From the NCBI GenBank assembly GCA_965649265.1, contig CBFGKC010000006.1:64001-128000 (forward strand): a DNA stretch of 64,000 nt. Reading direction: 5' to 3'. The stretch's first letter is position 1; each line of letters opens with the position of its first letter. Origin of the DNA: a candidate division WOR-3 bacterium (GTDB lineage: Bacteria > Hydrothermota > Tepidihabitantia > B3-TA06). Below the pieces are notes generated by a model, which made no database searches, was not told the origin of the DNA, and saw nothing but the letters and a program-made list of their open reading frames with translations. Positions 29,847-40,318 of the stretch are shown here, piece after piece. The translations under genes were made by a program, and so were the position numbers.

Positions 29847-31613
29847 TCAGGAACGATAAACATGCTCAGACAGTTTGTCTAGGGTAGGAATAATGTCATA
29901 CCACTCTTTCGTATTAGCAAGATGATAAAGAATCGAAATAACCGTATTTAGCCTTTTATGGAATCTGTCAGATGTTCTGTAATCCTTATTTTCAAATTCT
30001 CTGAGACTTTTCTCGAAAGCACTGACTATTGCAATAACAAGTTTTCTGTCGAAGAGACCTTCGTCTTTTTGGAGGAGTATCCTTGCCAGATAGGCTAAAT
30101 AGAAAGATAATTCTTTAAGTGCTTTTAAAGGTATTGGACATTGGTTATAAACAATGGCGTTTGAGAATTCTTGCACAGCATTTTTAACGGCATTAAATTT
30201 TTCGTGTTTGATAAGAAGAAATGCGAAGATGTATGACTGAAGATACAATTTCCTAGCATCTTCATCCCAAACATCTCCAAAAAGTTGTGGATCAACAAAG
30301 CTAAGGCAACGGTTTCCGAATCTTATTAGACTCTCCAAAAACCACCCTTGGTTCCTAGGAAGATTATCTGTATCTTTCAGGAACTTCATAAGGTATTTTA
30401 ATGTATTGATTGCGTTAAAGGTTTTAGTCAAATGCACTTTTTTGGGTCCATCGTCTTTCTTTATGCAGGCTGATAATAATTCAATAAAAGTGGAAGTAAT
30501 ATTACCTTCATAGCTCTCTCTAATGAAGCCTAGCAGAAGAAGCTCTGTTCGATCCAGAAACGCGTTTAAGTGTTCGTGCCACCCTCTTTCTATGTGATTG
30601 TTATAAATCCTCAACTCGGTAGACAAGAACATATATCTTGCCGTTTTAGCATTCTTATCATCTTCCGTCTCGTTTTCTAATTTATAATCAGTTAAATTAA
30701 CACAAGCACGAGCACAGTGCATAGAAAGGTCTTCTAATTTGTCACTAGTGCAGAATATTTCAATTTCTGAGATTAAAAATGCGACATCTTCACAAGTCTG
30801 ATAAAAATGCCTATCAAATGCTTCCTTGGCGATTCTTTCGCTTTGATCAACGATAATACGAGGTGCGCGGCGATTCTGCAAGACTTCTTCGCATACTTCT
30901 ATGAATCTTTCTCTCATCTTAGATTTATATTTATTCCATAAAGGAAGTGAAATTTTTCCAGCAGTACCGTACTCTTCAAGCGATAATGTAAAATCCATAA
31001 GTGCTTTTTGAACTATCTCGAAAGCCTCAAAGTTGAGGTCATTGAACGCGCCCATGCCAATATTTTCTAATACGTTTATAAGTTCATCAGTTTTTCCTTC
31101 CCGTTCTTTTTCTCTGTGCTTGACGTTGGATATTTCCTTAAGTGCCTTATCCTTGAGTTTAACAATAACCTGCCCAATGTTCATGCGCTTCTTCAAATCA
31201 AGGAAGAAGGGAATTAATAAAACAACCATCACTGAACCATAGGCGAATGAAATAAATGACCCCAAACCATTTGGTTTACTAAGGAATGCCAAAGGGATAA
31301 TGATAGAAGCAGCAAAGAGGATCATGTAGCCGATTACCCATTTGTTAAAGATGATCTGCATTGTTCTATGGGTGTACTTAGTTACGAATTGAGTGGCAAT
31401 CAGGGTAATTGAAAAAACAAGGGCAAACAACGCCGCAAGCACCTGAGCGGTTGCGCTAAGAAGGTATTTGTGAGTATCAGGAAATTCAGCTTTCGTATTT
31501 AGCCAAGCCCACAAGCTGTGACGAGTCAGGAAGACGACGACTGCAATCATAAGGATTGCAATAACCCCTATCCCGATCAAAAACGCTTTGTTGAACCTCC
31601 TGCCGTTACTCAT
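29847..31613 (-). CDS. AT-rich membrane protein with a DUF2254-like N-terminus
   Basis: YLLSATAQVLAALFALVFSITLIATQ...KYT; ATG 5 nt after TTGACA-16-TATCAT; visibly low GC. Confidence 0.7.
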   Translation of the reverse strand: MSNGRRFNKAFLIGIGVIAILMIAVVVFLTRHSLWAWLNTKAEFPDTHKYLLSATAQVLAALFALVFSITLIATQFVTKYTHRTMQIIFNKWVIGYMILFAASIIIPLAFLSKPNGLGSFISFAYGSVMVVLLIPFFLDLKKRMNIGQVIVKLKDKALKEISNVKHREKEREGKTDELINVLENIGMGAFNDLNFEAFEIVQKALMDFTLSLEEYGTAGKISLPLWNKYKSKMRERFIEVCEEVLQNRRAPRIIVDQSERIAKEAFDRHFYQTCEDVAFLISEIEIFCTSDKLEDLSMHCARACVNLTDYKLENETEDDKNAKTARYMFLSTELRIYNNHIERGWHEHLNAFLDRTELLLLGFIRESYEGNITSTFIELLSACIKKDDGPKKVHLTKTFNAINTLKYLMKFLKDTDNLPRNQGWFLESLIRFGNRCLSFVDPQLFGDVWDEDARKLYLQSYIFAFLLIKHEKFNAVKNAVQEFSNAIVYNQCPIPLKALKELSFYLAYLARILLQKDEGLFDRKLVIAIVSAFEKSLREFENKDYRTSDRFHKRLNTVISILYHLANTKEWYDIIPTLDKLSEHVYRS

Positions 31614-31653
31614 GGTTGATGATAGGCTGGGGGAGTGGGATGTCAAGAAACTC

Positions 31654-31862
31654 CACCCCGCAAATCTGCTCCGCATACGTTCGGGGACCTCAACACCCCC
31701 ACCCTACCCTCCCCCGTCAAAGGGGAGGTAATTAAGGAGCATTTTCGTCTTGACGAAAATAGATGGCTCCCTTCGTTCGCCCCTCGGACTCATGTCGCTT
31801 CGCTCCTCAGAATGACATTTTTCCCCTCGGCGGCGTCCGATCCCCCCTTATTAAGGGGGGCG
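31654..31862. repeat. Cluster of REP-like palindromic elements
   Basis: Inverted copy of the 42-kb 46-mer, CCCACCCTACCCTCCCC..GGGGAGG, TAAGGAGC-hairpin..CTCCTCAGAATGACA, CCCCCTTATTAAGGGGG. Confidence 0.75.
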
Positions 31863-31962
31863 TAATACACCCCAAAAACACCCGAAAAAGCCCAAAAATG
31901 ACCCAAAATCTGCGGAATTGGTTTTTGGCTCCTAATCCTCGAACCCGCTCAGTTTATCTCAA

Positions 31963-32092
31963 TTTGTCCCACTTTTTTGGGGATTTTTTTGTCCCACTTT
32001 TGTCCTACTTAGTTATCCACATTTTTGACGCGGTTCGTTAAACCTGACCTCACTTTCACCCAAGTTTTGTCCCACTTTTGTCCAGCTTTTTT
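31963..32092 (+). repeat. TTTTGTCCCAC-type 11-bp repeat cluster (copy 1)
   Basis: Five near-copies; the same string recurs at 55485-55691. Confidence 0.75.
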
Positions 32093-32217
32093 CATCCCGC
32101 GAATCTACTTCGCAGTCTTCTGGGGCATAAATGGAGTTCCATGAAAAAAGTCCGGGCATTTTTTCAGGGATTGTTTTAGCTTGACATAACGCCTATTCTC
32201 TGTTATGCTTGCAGCTT

Positions 32218-32931
32218 ATGCGAGAACTTAGCGTCAACGTCGATCATGTGGCTACACTGCGACAGGCAAGGCGTGAGCGGTTTCCCGATCCCGTTCATTT
32301 TGCACTGCTTGCGGAGGCCGGCGGTGCTTCCGGCATCACGTGCCACCTGCGCTCGGACCGCCGCCACATCCAGGACGATGACGTACACCGTCTCAAGTCC
32401 GCCATCAAGGGCGAGTTGAATCTTGAGATGGCGGCTACTGAAGAGATGGCGAGCATCGCTCTCGCAGTAAAGCCGCATCAGGTGAGTCTTGTGCCCGAGC
32501 GTCCGGAGGAGGTCACGACCGAGGGCGGGCTCGATCTTAAGTCCCGCTTCGACGCGGTTAAGCCTTATGCGGAACGAATCGCGGCGGCAGGCATTCGTAT
32601 CTCCTGCTTTATTGAGGCGGAGGAGGAGATGATCGCGCGCGCAAAAGATTTGGGGGCGAAACGCGTTGAATTCAACACCGATGCTTATGCCAAAGAGCCT
32701 GAACGCCGTTCGGAGTTCATCGTGTTATTTAAAGGGATGGCCGTATATGCCGCCTCCCTTGGTCTCGAGGTTCATATCGGTCATGCCCTCGATTACGAGA
32801 ACCTTCCTCCACTGATGGGGATAACTGAAATTCGAGGCGCGTCGATAGGCTTCTCTATAATCGCGCGCGCACTCGAGGTGGGTATGAAGGAAGCGGTTAG
32901 AGAGATGGTCAAACTTATTGGAAAGGAATAA
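32218..32931 (+). CDS. pdxJ: Pyridoxine 5'-phosphate synthase
   Basis: LSVNVDHVATLRQAR, HLRSDRRHI, LNLEMA, TTEGG. Confidence 0.95.
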   Translation: MRELSVNVDHVATLRQARRERFPDPVHFALLAEAGGASGITCHLRSDRRHIQDDDVHRLKSAIKGELNLEMAATEEMASIALAVKPHQVSLVPERPEEVTTEGGLDLKSRFDAVKPYAERIAAAGIRISCFIEAEEEMIARAKDLGAKRVEFNTDAYAKEPERRSEFIVLFKGMAVYAASLGLEVHIGHALDYENLPPLMGITEIRGASIGFSIIARALEVGMKEAVREMVKLIGKE

Positions 32932-32973
32932 TTGTGAATTTTAAAAATACAACAAGCCTTGCGAGGAGGTTTG

Positions 32974-34515
32974 ATGAAGCGTAGTTTGTGGATCAAAGTG
33001 ATCCTTTTTGCTGCTTTCCTGGTCGTGGGAGTTGTATTGCTTTATCCGACGATCCAGTTGTGGACAACTCCTGATCTTACCGAGGACGAGCGTATAGAAC
33101 TTGAAAAACATTCATTGCATCTTGGACTGGATATAGTCGGAGGCATGCATCTTGTGCTTGAGGCGGATACCTCTGGCCGGGGATATGGTGCAGCGGACGT
33201 GGCCAGTGCAACGGACAATGCCGTTCGTATTATCCGCAAGCGTGTTGACGATCTAGGTGTTTCCGAGCCGAGCATCCAGAAGGTGGGCAAGAACCGCATT
33301 CAGGTACAGCTTCCAGGCATTGCCGATCGCGCACGTGCACTGGATATACTGGGTAAGACAGGTCTTCTGGAGTTCCGAATGCTCGCGGATCCTGCTGCGA
33401 CGGCAGCGGTCTACAAAAGCATGAACTCTTTACTCTCCGGGGATACCACCAACGCCCAGACCCCGTTGAGTAAATACTTTATTGCGGTTGAAGGCGATAC
33501 CGGCATACTTGATCGCGACTACAAGGATGTCAAGGAACTGATACTTAAGGCAAAGGGTGTGGTTCCTTCGGACGTGGAGGTGCTCTTCGGCCCTGATGAG
33601 GATGTAGGCAACCAGAAGGTAAGGCGCTTGTATATTGTAAAAAAACAGGTTGCCATAACCGGAGGTGATATAAGCGAAAAGGATGTTCAGGCGCAGTTGT
33701 ACCAGGGCAGGGAGCCCGGGCTTGCCGGAAGCTGGACAGTTGAGATGGGCCTTAAGCGCAGTGGACAGTACAGGTTTGCAGAGATTACGGGCTCAAACGT
33801 CGGCAAGAGACTCGCCATAGTGCTCGACGGCATCGTGATGTCCGCGCCCGTCATAAAGGAAAGGATTCCTGCTGGATCTAAACCCGTGATTACCACTCAG
33901 GACAGGGAGGGTACGGAGGCGCGTGATCTTGCGAACGTCATCCGTCACGGCGCCCTGCCGGTTCCCCTCCGCATAGCGGAGGAGCGCACGGTGAGCCCTA
34001 CGCTCGGCCGGGACTCAGTCAACGCGGGCGTTCTTGCCCTTCTCGTCGGTTTTGCGGCGGTCATTCTCTTCATGATGATTTACTATACCGGTGCGGGCCT
34101 TGCGTCGGTCGTATCCCTGATACTCAATATCTTCGGTCTTATGGCCGTACTTGCAGGCATCAGAGCGACTATTACGCTGCCGGGCATTGCAGGCATTGCC
34201 CTGACCATCGGAATGGCCGTGGACGCGAATGTGCTGATATTCGAACGAATACGAGACGAACTGCGAATGGGAAAATTCACTCGGACGGCCGTGGAGGCCG
34301 GATACCACTCCGCGTGGTACGTGATTCTCGACTCCAACATAACCACGATACTCATGGCGGCGATTCTGTTCATCATCAACTCCGGGCCGGTGCGCGGGTT
34401 TGCGATTACCCTGAGCATCGGTCTTTTGATAAACATGGTAACGGCTGTGTACTTCTCCAGAGGCATATTCGACCTGTATCTCGCAAAGAATCCAGCCCGC
34501 AAACTTTACATATAG
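32974..34515 (+). CDS. secD: Protein translocase subunit SecD
   Basis: LGLDIVGG, LAIVLDG, GMAVDANVLIFERIRDE, ILDSNITT. Confidence 0.96.
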   Translation: MKRSLWIKVILFAAFLVVGVVLLYPTIQLWTTPDLTEDERIELEKHSLHLGLDIVGGMHLVLEADTSGRGYGAADVASATDNAVRIIRKRVDDLGVSEPSIQKVGKNRIQVQLPGIADRARALDILGKTGLLEFRMLADPAATAAVYKSMNSLLSGDTTNAQTPLSKYFIAVEGDTGILDRDYKDVKELILKAKGVVPSDVEVLFGPDEDVGNQKVRRLYIVKKQVAITGGDISEKDVQAQLYQGREPGLAGSWTVEMGLKRSGQYRFAEITGSNVGKRLAIVLDGIVMSAPVIKERIPAGSKPVITTQDREGTEARDLANVIRHGALPVPLRIAEERTVSPTLGRDSVNAGVLALLVGFAAVILFMMIYYTGAGLASVVSLILNIFGLMAVLAGIRATITLPGIAGIALTIGMAVDANVLIFERIRDELRMGKFTRTAVEAGYHSAWYVILDSNITTILMAAILFIINSGPVRGFAITLSIGLLINMVTAVYFSRGIFDLYLAKNPARKLYI

Positions 34516-34524
34516 GAGGCCGGC

Positions 34525-35463
34525 ATGCTGCAACTTATTAAAGACGCAAAGATTCCCTTTACCAGAATCCGCTACTGGGGATACATCTTCTCGGGAGCGA
34601 CTCTGCTCATGACCGCCGTTCTACTTATAGTAAACAAGGGTCCCAACTACGGCATTGACTTTACGGGCGGAACAAGAATCGGGCTCGAGTTATCAGGAGA
34701 CGTCAAGACCGCCGAGGTTCGCAAAGTGCTTACAAGTCTTGGTGAAACAGACGTGAAGATATTCCGGATTCAGTCTCCCAATTCAAAAAAAGTAGGCTAT
34801 GACATTCAGGTCCCGCCGCACACGGGCATCGTGAAAACCGGTGAGGAGACATTCAGCCAAAGGCTCGTGAACAAAATAAAGGAGATGCGGCCCGGCATTG
34901 AGGTTACACTTACCGGCGAGGAGAACGTATCAGCCGCTTTCGGTAAGGAATTGCAGAATAGGGCTATAATAGCCATGCTTATCGGTATACTCTTGATGCT
35001 CGTTTATCTTGGTATTCGAATAAACTTCCGTTTCTCTTCCGGTATCGCGATATCGGTTTTTCACGACGTTTTCTTTACCTTAGGTATCATAACTCTTACA
35101 GGAATCAAGATAGACGTCACGGTTGTCGCTGCTCTGCTTACCCTCATCGGCTACTCGGTGAACGACTCCATTGTCGTTTCCAAGCGTATCCAGGAACTCA
35201 TGAAACTCAGACGCGGTGCAACCCTTGAAGAAAACATCAACGACGGCATCAATAACACGCTTTCGAGAACCATCATTACCGCGGCAACGACTCTGTTTAC
35301 CGCGCTCGCGCTCGTCATCTTTGCATCCAAAACCGCCGTTTTTCCGTTCGCATTCACCATGTCGATCGGGATAGTCGTCGGGACTTATTCCTCAATATTT
35401 GTGGTTGCGCCGCTCGTTGTCGAGTGGGAAAAAATCGTTCCTTCGCGCAGACGCAGGCGCTAG
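34525..35463 (+). CDS. secF: Protein translocase subunit SecF
   Basis: GIDFTGG, GYSVNDSIVV, TLSRTIIT, GTYSSIF. Confidence 0.96.
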   Translation: MLQLIKDAKIPFTRIRYWGYIFSGATLLMTAVLLIVNKGPNYGIDFTGGTRIGLELSGDVKTAEVRKVLTSLGETDVKIFRIQSPNSKKVGYDIQVPPHTGIVKTGEETFSQRLVNKIKEMRPGIEVTLTGEENVSAAFGKELQNRAIIAMLIGILLMLVYLGIRINFRFSSGIAISVFHDVFFTLGIITLTGIKIDVTVVAALLTLIGYSVNDSIVVSKRIQELMKLRRGATLEENINDGINNTLSRTIITAATTLFTALALVIFASKTAVFPFAFTMSIGIVVGTYSSIFVVAPLVVEWEKIVPSRRRRR

Positions 35464-35481
35464 TTAAATCTGGGAGATTTT

Positions 35482-35976
35482 ATGGCCGGTTCTCAACCAT
35501 CACTGGTTCTGAGAATCGGCCTCTCCTTTTTCGGTACCGGTTATATCGGGAAAGGGGGAGGAACCCTTGCGAGTGCGGTTGCCGCTTTAGGCTGTTTCTT
35601 CCTGTGGCCCTATCCGCTCGTTTCATCAGGCATCCTTCTCGTGCTTTCCGCGTTTGGGATATGGGCAAGCTCCTATGCTGAGAAGAGAGGGTGGGGGTAC
35701 GACGATCCGCGAATAACGATAGACGAGGTGTGCGGCATGCTTGCCGCATCCATACTGCTTCCCCGCCCACCCACCCTTTGGGGGGCCCTGCTCGTTCTCG
35801 GTCTGGCGTTTCTCCTCTTCCGGCTTCTCGATATCATCAAGCCCCCTCCAGTTTCCTTGATGGAGCGTCTTCCAGGGGGCTGGGGCGTGATGGGTGACGA
35901 CCTGGTTGCCGGCATAATCGCGAACGGCCTTGTGCAGCTAGTAAGACTCTTGCCGCAGGGGTGGTTGGGTGGCTAG
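35482..35976 (+). CDS. pgpA: Phosphatidylglycerophosphatase A
   Basis: DDPRITIDEVCG, FRLLDIIKP, GVMGDDLVAG. Confidence 0.92.
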   Translation: MAGSQPSLVLRIGLSFFGTGYIGKGGGTLASAVAALGCFFLWPYPLVSSGILLVLSAFGIWASSYAEKRGWGYDDPRITIDEVCGMLAASILLPRPPTLWGALLVLGLAFLLFRLLDIIKPPPVSLMERLPGGWGVMGDDLVAGIIANGLVQLVRLLPQGWLGG

Positions 35977-37216
35977 TAAACTGGAATCCGCCGAACTCGT
36001 AATCATCGGCGACGAACTCCTTGCGGGTACGGTCAATGATGTAAATATCGGCTACCTTACCTCAAAACTCTTAGAGATAGGCCTTTCCATATCACGCGTA
36101 ACCGTCACCGGGGACGCCCCGGTAACGCTCGAAGGCGTTCTCTCCGAAGCACTCCAGCGTTCGCGCCTGGTCATCTCGTCGGGCGGGCTCGGTCCGACAT
36201 CAGACGACCCAACGCGAGCGGTGGCCGCTCGCCTCTTCGGCAGCGAGCTTTACTCTAATAAGTCCCTCCTTACCCTTATCCGTAAACGCTACGCCAGGCT
36301 CGGCCGCAAACTGAGCGCCCTCGGTGCGACCCAGGCGCTCGTGCCCCGCGGGGCGATACTACTCAGAAACCCTGTAGGTGCCGCGCCCGGAATCGTCCTC
36401 GCTCGCGATACCGGTACGCTTATTATGCTTCCAGGTGTGCCTTCGGAGGTCAGAGCCATTACCGAGCCGGGACTGCTAGCGTACCTTTCAGAAAACTTCC
36501 AGCTTCCCAAACCTCACATCCTTCTCGTCCGGACATCCAGCAAAGTTGAAACCGAGCTACAAGAGCTTCTTACACCCTTTCTCTCCTCCCAGAAGGGTTT
36601 GAAGGTTTCCTATTTGCCCAAACGCGGCACCGTCGATCTGAGGTTAGAAACATCATCTGAAAGAAGGCTCGGTCTTGCTCTGAAGGAAATAAGAAAAATA
36701 CTCGGCCAGGCCATTTACGCGACGGGGGAGAAGAGCCTTGCAGAGGCGGTCGGTGAACTACTCCTCAATCAGAACGCTACACTTTCGGTTGCAGAAAGCT
36801 GCACCGGAGGCATGCTTGCATCCGCAATCGTCGACGTTGCGGGCAGTTCCCGATATTTCCTCGGCGGCGTCGTGAGCTACTCCAACGAGACAAAAGAAAC
36901 CCTCCTGGGTGTGTCGCATACGCTCATTACCAGATACGGCGCAGTCAGCCCAGAGGTCGCCCAGGCCATGGCCGAGGGCGCGCGTGAACGCTTCGGCTCG
37001 ACTTACGCCGTCTCGATCACCGGCGTCGCTGGACCTGGAGGGGGCACGAAAGCTAAACCGGTCGGTCTCGTGTATATATGCGCAGCAGGGCCGGGCGTTG
37101 TGAAAGTCGAACGTACTTTTTTTCCTTCCTCTCGTACCATTATCCGCGAACGGAGCGCCGTGCTCGCCCTCGCCCTCCTCAGAGCCCTTCTTTTACCCCA
37201 CGAATCTACTTTGTAG
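35969..37216 (+). CDS. cinA: CinA (NMN deamidase / competence-damage protein)
   Basis: IGDELLAG, GGLGPTSDD, AESCTGG, GAVS, KPVGLV. Confidence 0.93.
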   Translation: MASKLESAELVIIGDELLAGTVNDVNIGYLTSKLLEIGLSISRVTVTGDAPVTLEGVLSEALQRSRLVISSGGLGPTSDDPTRAVAARLFGSELYSNKSLLTLIRKRYARLGRKLSALGATQALVPRGAILLRNPVGAAPGIVLARDTGTLIMLPGVPSEVRAITEPGLLAYLSENFQLPKPHILLVRTSSKVETELQELLTPFLSSQKGLKVSYLPKRGTVDLRLETSSERRLGLALKEIRKILGQAIYATGEKSLAEAVGELLLNQNATLSVAESCTGGMLASAIVDVAGSSRYFLGGVVSYSNETKETLLGVSHTLITRYGAVSPEVAQAMAEGARERFGSTYAVSITGVAGPGGGTKAKPVGLVYICAAGPGVVKVERTFFPSSRTIIRERSAVLALALLRALLLPHESTL

Positions 37217-37285
37217 CTTTGCGGGGACCCCTCAGCCCTCCTTAGTAACACCACCCTTCACTGAAAATTATCCAGGGACCTTCCG

Positions 37286-37461
37286 GTCGAACGAAGTTCG
37301 ACAAGCGACATCCTCTGCAGAATTCAATTCTGCCAATGCGCCTCCGGCGCTCCTCATTGGAGAGTAGATGTAAAATGGCAGAAGCGAAGTTTTGCCTCCA
37401 AACGATGTTATTCATGCAAAACTTCTCATGCGCCTTCCAGGCGCTCGCCCTCCCTCAGAGC
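37286..37461 (+). repeat. Dispersed ~170-bp intergenic element (copy A)
   Basis: Inverted near-copy at 44441-44602; fragments at 28073-28105 and 41934-41955. Confidence 0.8.
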
Positions 37462-37781
37462 GCATCTTTTCTCTACGAATCTACTTTGTAGCTCCGCGGG
37501 GATCCCGTAATCGTTCTCGTCCTTTATCAGTAGAGTTCTGTTGCGTTCAACACCTCCTGCACCAGCAATAACTCAGTTCTCATAAGATCCTTTTAGAGAA
37601 TAGCATATGTATCCTGATTGCGTAAGTTACGTGCTGTTTTAAAGATGTCGTTCAGGTGTTGTCTTTACCATGAGTCTTTGAATCAACCCCGAATCGTGAA
37701 GGGATCTTGATTTACATTAGTCAGAGCATTCGTTCGGTCGGTTTTCTTGACATCCACGACTAAAAAGTTATACTCCCGACG

Positions 37782-38324
37782 ATGCGCCTTTTTTTCGGAG
37801 TCGGGTTGCCAATGGGTGTAAGGAAGGAGGTCTGGAATTTTTGCTCCACAATAAAGGAAAAACTCCCGAGAATGAAATGGGTCGAAGAGGGGAACTTGCA
37901 CATAACCCTGCGGTTTCTGGGCGAGGTGGAAAAAGAAAAACTAGCCACGCTCGTTCGGCTTTCCGATGAAGCATCCCGTGACACAAAAGCATTCCCCGTG
38001 ACACTCGGAAGTCTAGGTGCTTTTCCCAATCATAAACGGGCCAGGGTCTTCTGGTGGGGACTTTCCGAAGGAGGAGAGGAGTGTGTTCAATTGTTTCGAA
38101 AACTGGAGGCGCGGCTTGTAGATTCAGGCTTTACTCCCGAAGACAAGGCCTTCCATCCTCATATTACACTTTCTCGTCTTAATCCCCCATCAACCCTTGC
38201 GATCGAAGATTATACCACCCCGAAAGGGTCGTCCTTTACATGTGACAGATTTACCCTTTACGAGAGCGTACTAAGGCCGCAGGGGCCCCTCTATAAAACG
38301 ATAAAGGAGTTCGATCTTGCCTAA
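37782..38324 (+). CDS. thpR: RNA 2',3'-cyclic phosphodiesterase
   Basis: MRLFFG start and two HITL (HxT) motifs. Confidence 0.92.
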   Translation: MRLFFGVGLPMGVRKEVWNFCSTIKEKLPRMKWVEEGNLHITLRFLGEVEKEKLATLVRLSDEASRDTKAFPVTLGSLGAFPNHKRARVFWWGLSEGGEECVQLFRKLEARLVDSGFTPEDKAFHPHITLSRLNPPSTLAIEDYTTPKGSSFTCDRFTLYESVLRPQGPLYKTIKEFDLA

Positions 38325-39474
38325 GACTCCACCGAAACCCGAGGGACCGGTTACACCTGTCAAACGTGCCCTGAATATCGCCCTGTTCGTAGTATCCCTG
38401 TATGTGTTTCTTCTGAGCATAGAGATGATCTCGGGCACGCTTTCCGGCTTTAAGGATTTCGCCCGGTTTCTTCTCACTCTAACCAACAATCCGATAGTAG
38501 GTCTTTTCATCGGTATCCTTACGACCGCCATTATCCAGAGTTCTTCGGCCACCACCTCGCTTGTCGTCTGCCTTGTGGCATCGGGAGCGATATCGGTCAA
38601 TCATGCCATTCCCATAATCATGGGCGCCAATATCGGAACGACCATCACCAACATGATAGTTTCCCTCTTCCATATCTCCAGGAAAGAGGAGTTTGCCAAG
38701 GCATTCCCTGGCGCAATCGTGCATGACATGTTCAACATCCTCACCGTCATCGTCCTTTTCCCGATTGAGATATTCCTTCATCCCCTCGAGATTGTTTCAA
38801 ACTTTATGGCAAAGGGATTCACCGGCATCGGCGGATTCAAGGTACTCTCTCCCCTGAAATTTATAGTCGAACCGGTGTGGAAACTAATCCATGCGGGTGT
38901 AAATGCCCTTGTTAAACTCGTCATCCCTCCCTCAAAATTCCAGGGCACCCTTATAATACTCGTGTGTCTAGTGATCGCGATGGTGCTTTTGTTTTTCGGT
39001 CTTTCCTTCATGGTCAAGGGTATGCGCAGGCTTACCGGTTCAAAAACCGAGGTTTTCATAGACCGCTATCTTTTCGGTGGACCCATCAGGGCATTTCTCG
39101 TGGGTATGATTGTTACATCGGTAATACAATCATCCTCGGTAACCACATCATTCGTCGTTCCCCTTGTCGGTGCCGGTCTCGTAACCCTTGAGCAGATATT
39201 CCCTTATACCCTTGGAGCCAACATTGGAACCACCATCACGGCAATACTTGCGTCGCTCGTCACAGGTTCCCCCCTCGCGATACAAGTCGCGTTTGCGCAT
39301 TCGCTTTTCAATATCTTCGGAACCGTTCTCTGGTATCCTTTGAGAATTGTACCCATAACGTTTGCCAAAAGCCTCGGCAAGCTTGTTGCCTGGAAGCGCT
39401 GGATGGCGTTTGTATATATCGCAGTTGTGTTTATAATTATTCCTGTGGGACTTATACTCTTGCTTAGGAGGTAA
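38317..39474 (+). CDS. Na/Pi cotransporter family protein
   Basis: Two QSSS...GANIGTT repeats. Confidence 0.92.
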   Translation: MPKTPPKPEGPVTPVKRALNIALFVVSLYVFLLSIEMISGTLSGFKDFARFLLTLTNNPIVGLFIGILTTAIIQSSSATTSLVVCLVASGAISVNHAIPIIMGANIGTTITNMIVSLFHISRKEEFAKAFPGAIVHDMFNILTVIVLFPIEIFLHPLEIVSNFMAKGFTGIGGFKVLSPLKFIVEPVWKLIHAGVNALVKLVIPPSKFQGTLIILVCLVIAMVLLFFGLSFMVKGMRRLTGSKTEVFIDRYLFGGPIRAFLVGMIVTSVIQSSSVTTSFVVPLVGAGLVTLEQIFPYTLGANIGTTITAILASLVTGSPLAIQVAFAHSLFNIFGTVLWYPLRIVPITFAKSLGKLVAWKRWMAFVYIAVVFIIIPVGLILLLRR

Positions 39475-39476
39475 GA

Positions 39477-40142
39477 ATGTACTATGGTGAACTGATCAAA
39501 TCGTGGGAAGGTTCGGGTCTTTTAAAACTTTGCATGCAGGACATGTTCAAGATGCTCGACATCTCCGAGAAGATGTTCGAGGCGGCATGGGAGATGATTA
39601 CGGGCACCGGTGAAATAACCGACCTCTACAAGATGGACAAACAGCTCAACGAATTGCAGATAGCCATCCGTCGCCGGATTCTCGAACACATGGCTATTAA
39701 TCCCGGCCAGGATATCAACGCATCCTTCGTTCTGGGGGTACTTGTAATAGATCTCGAGCGCATCGGCGACTATGCCAAGAATTTCGACGACATCGCGCGT
39801 CATTACCCCGAACCCATCTCGGGCGGTGTCTTCGATATATTGCATGAAATGGCCAAAAAGGTCAAGGCGATGTTTGATGAGACCAGGGATGCGCTCGTCA
39901 AGAACGATTCCAAGCTTGCTCGTAAGCTTATGCAGGATCAGGCTGATATGGCGAAAGAAGCAGACAGGTTTATGGATCAGCTCATGGAATCCAAGGATTT
40001 GACCGTTAAGCAGGGAATCGTTGCCGCGATGCTTGCCCGTTACATAAAGCGCGTAAGCGCTCATCTTAAAAACGTGGTGTCGAGTGTGGTCAATCCTTAT
40101 CACAGAATTGGCTACAGGCCTAACGAAAAAGAAGATGATTGA
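39477..40142 (+). CDS. PhoU-domain protein
   Basis: DLERIGDYAKN and KRVSAHLKN; directly follows the Na/Pi symporter. Confidence 0.85.
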   Translation: MYYGELIKSWEGSGLLKLCMQDMFKMLDISEKMFEAAWEMITGTGEITDLYKMDKQLNELQIAIRRRILEHMAINPGQDINASFVLGVLVIDLERIGDYAKNFDDIARHYPEPISGGVFDILHEMAKKVKAMFDETRDALVKNDSKLARKLMQDQADMAKEADRFMDQLMESKDLTVKQGIVAAMLARYIKRVSAHLKNVVSSVVNPYHRIGYRPNEKEDD

Positions 40143-40192
40143 GTTATTCTCAAGGTACTTGACAAACTTCGAAATTCGACTATCATTAGTCA

Positions 40193-40318
40193 TATACAAC
40201 CAGGGACGATATTTGAAGGCTGCGGAGATGCGTCTTTAAAGAGATTCCCGTAACACACCTCCCTTCCCTCACCCCCTCCCCTGGAGAGTGCGTCCATGCC
40301 TCTCCAGGGGTTTTTTTT
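40193..40318 (+). ncRNA. Candidate stand-alone small RNA (family unknown)
   Basis: TTGACA(40159)-16-TATCAT(40181); 5' hairpin; C/U-rich tract; strong terminator; no ORF longer than a few codons. Confidence 0.55.
40278..40318 (+). terminator. Rho-independent terminator
   Basis: CCCCTGGAGAG...CTCTCCAGGGG followed by T8. Confidence 0.85.

Noticed and set aside
31900-32170. Replication origin
   Set aside because: Only one DnaA box, no dnaA or dnaN nearby, no clear unwinding element, and the repeat cluster recurs at 55.5 kb
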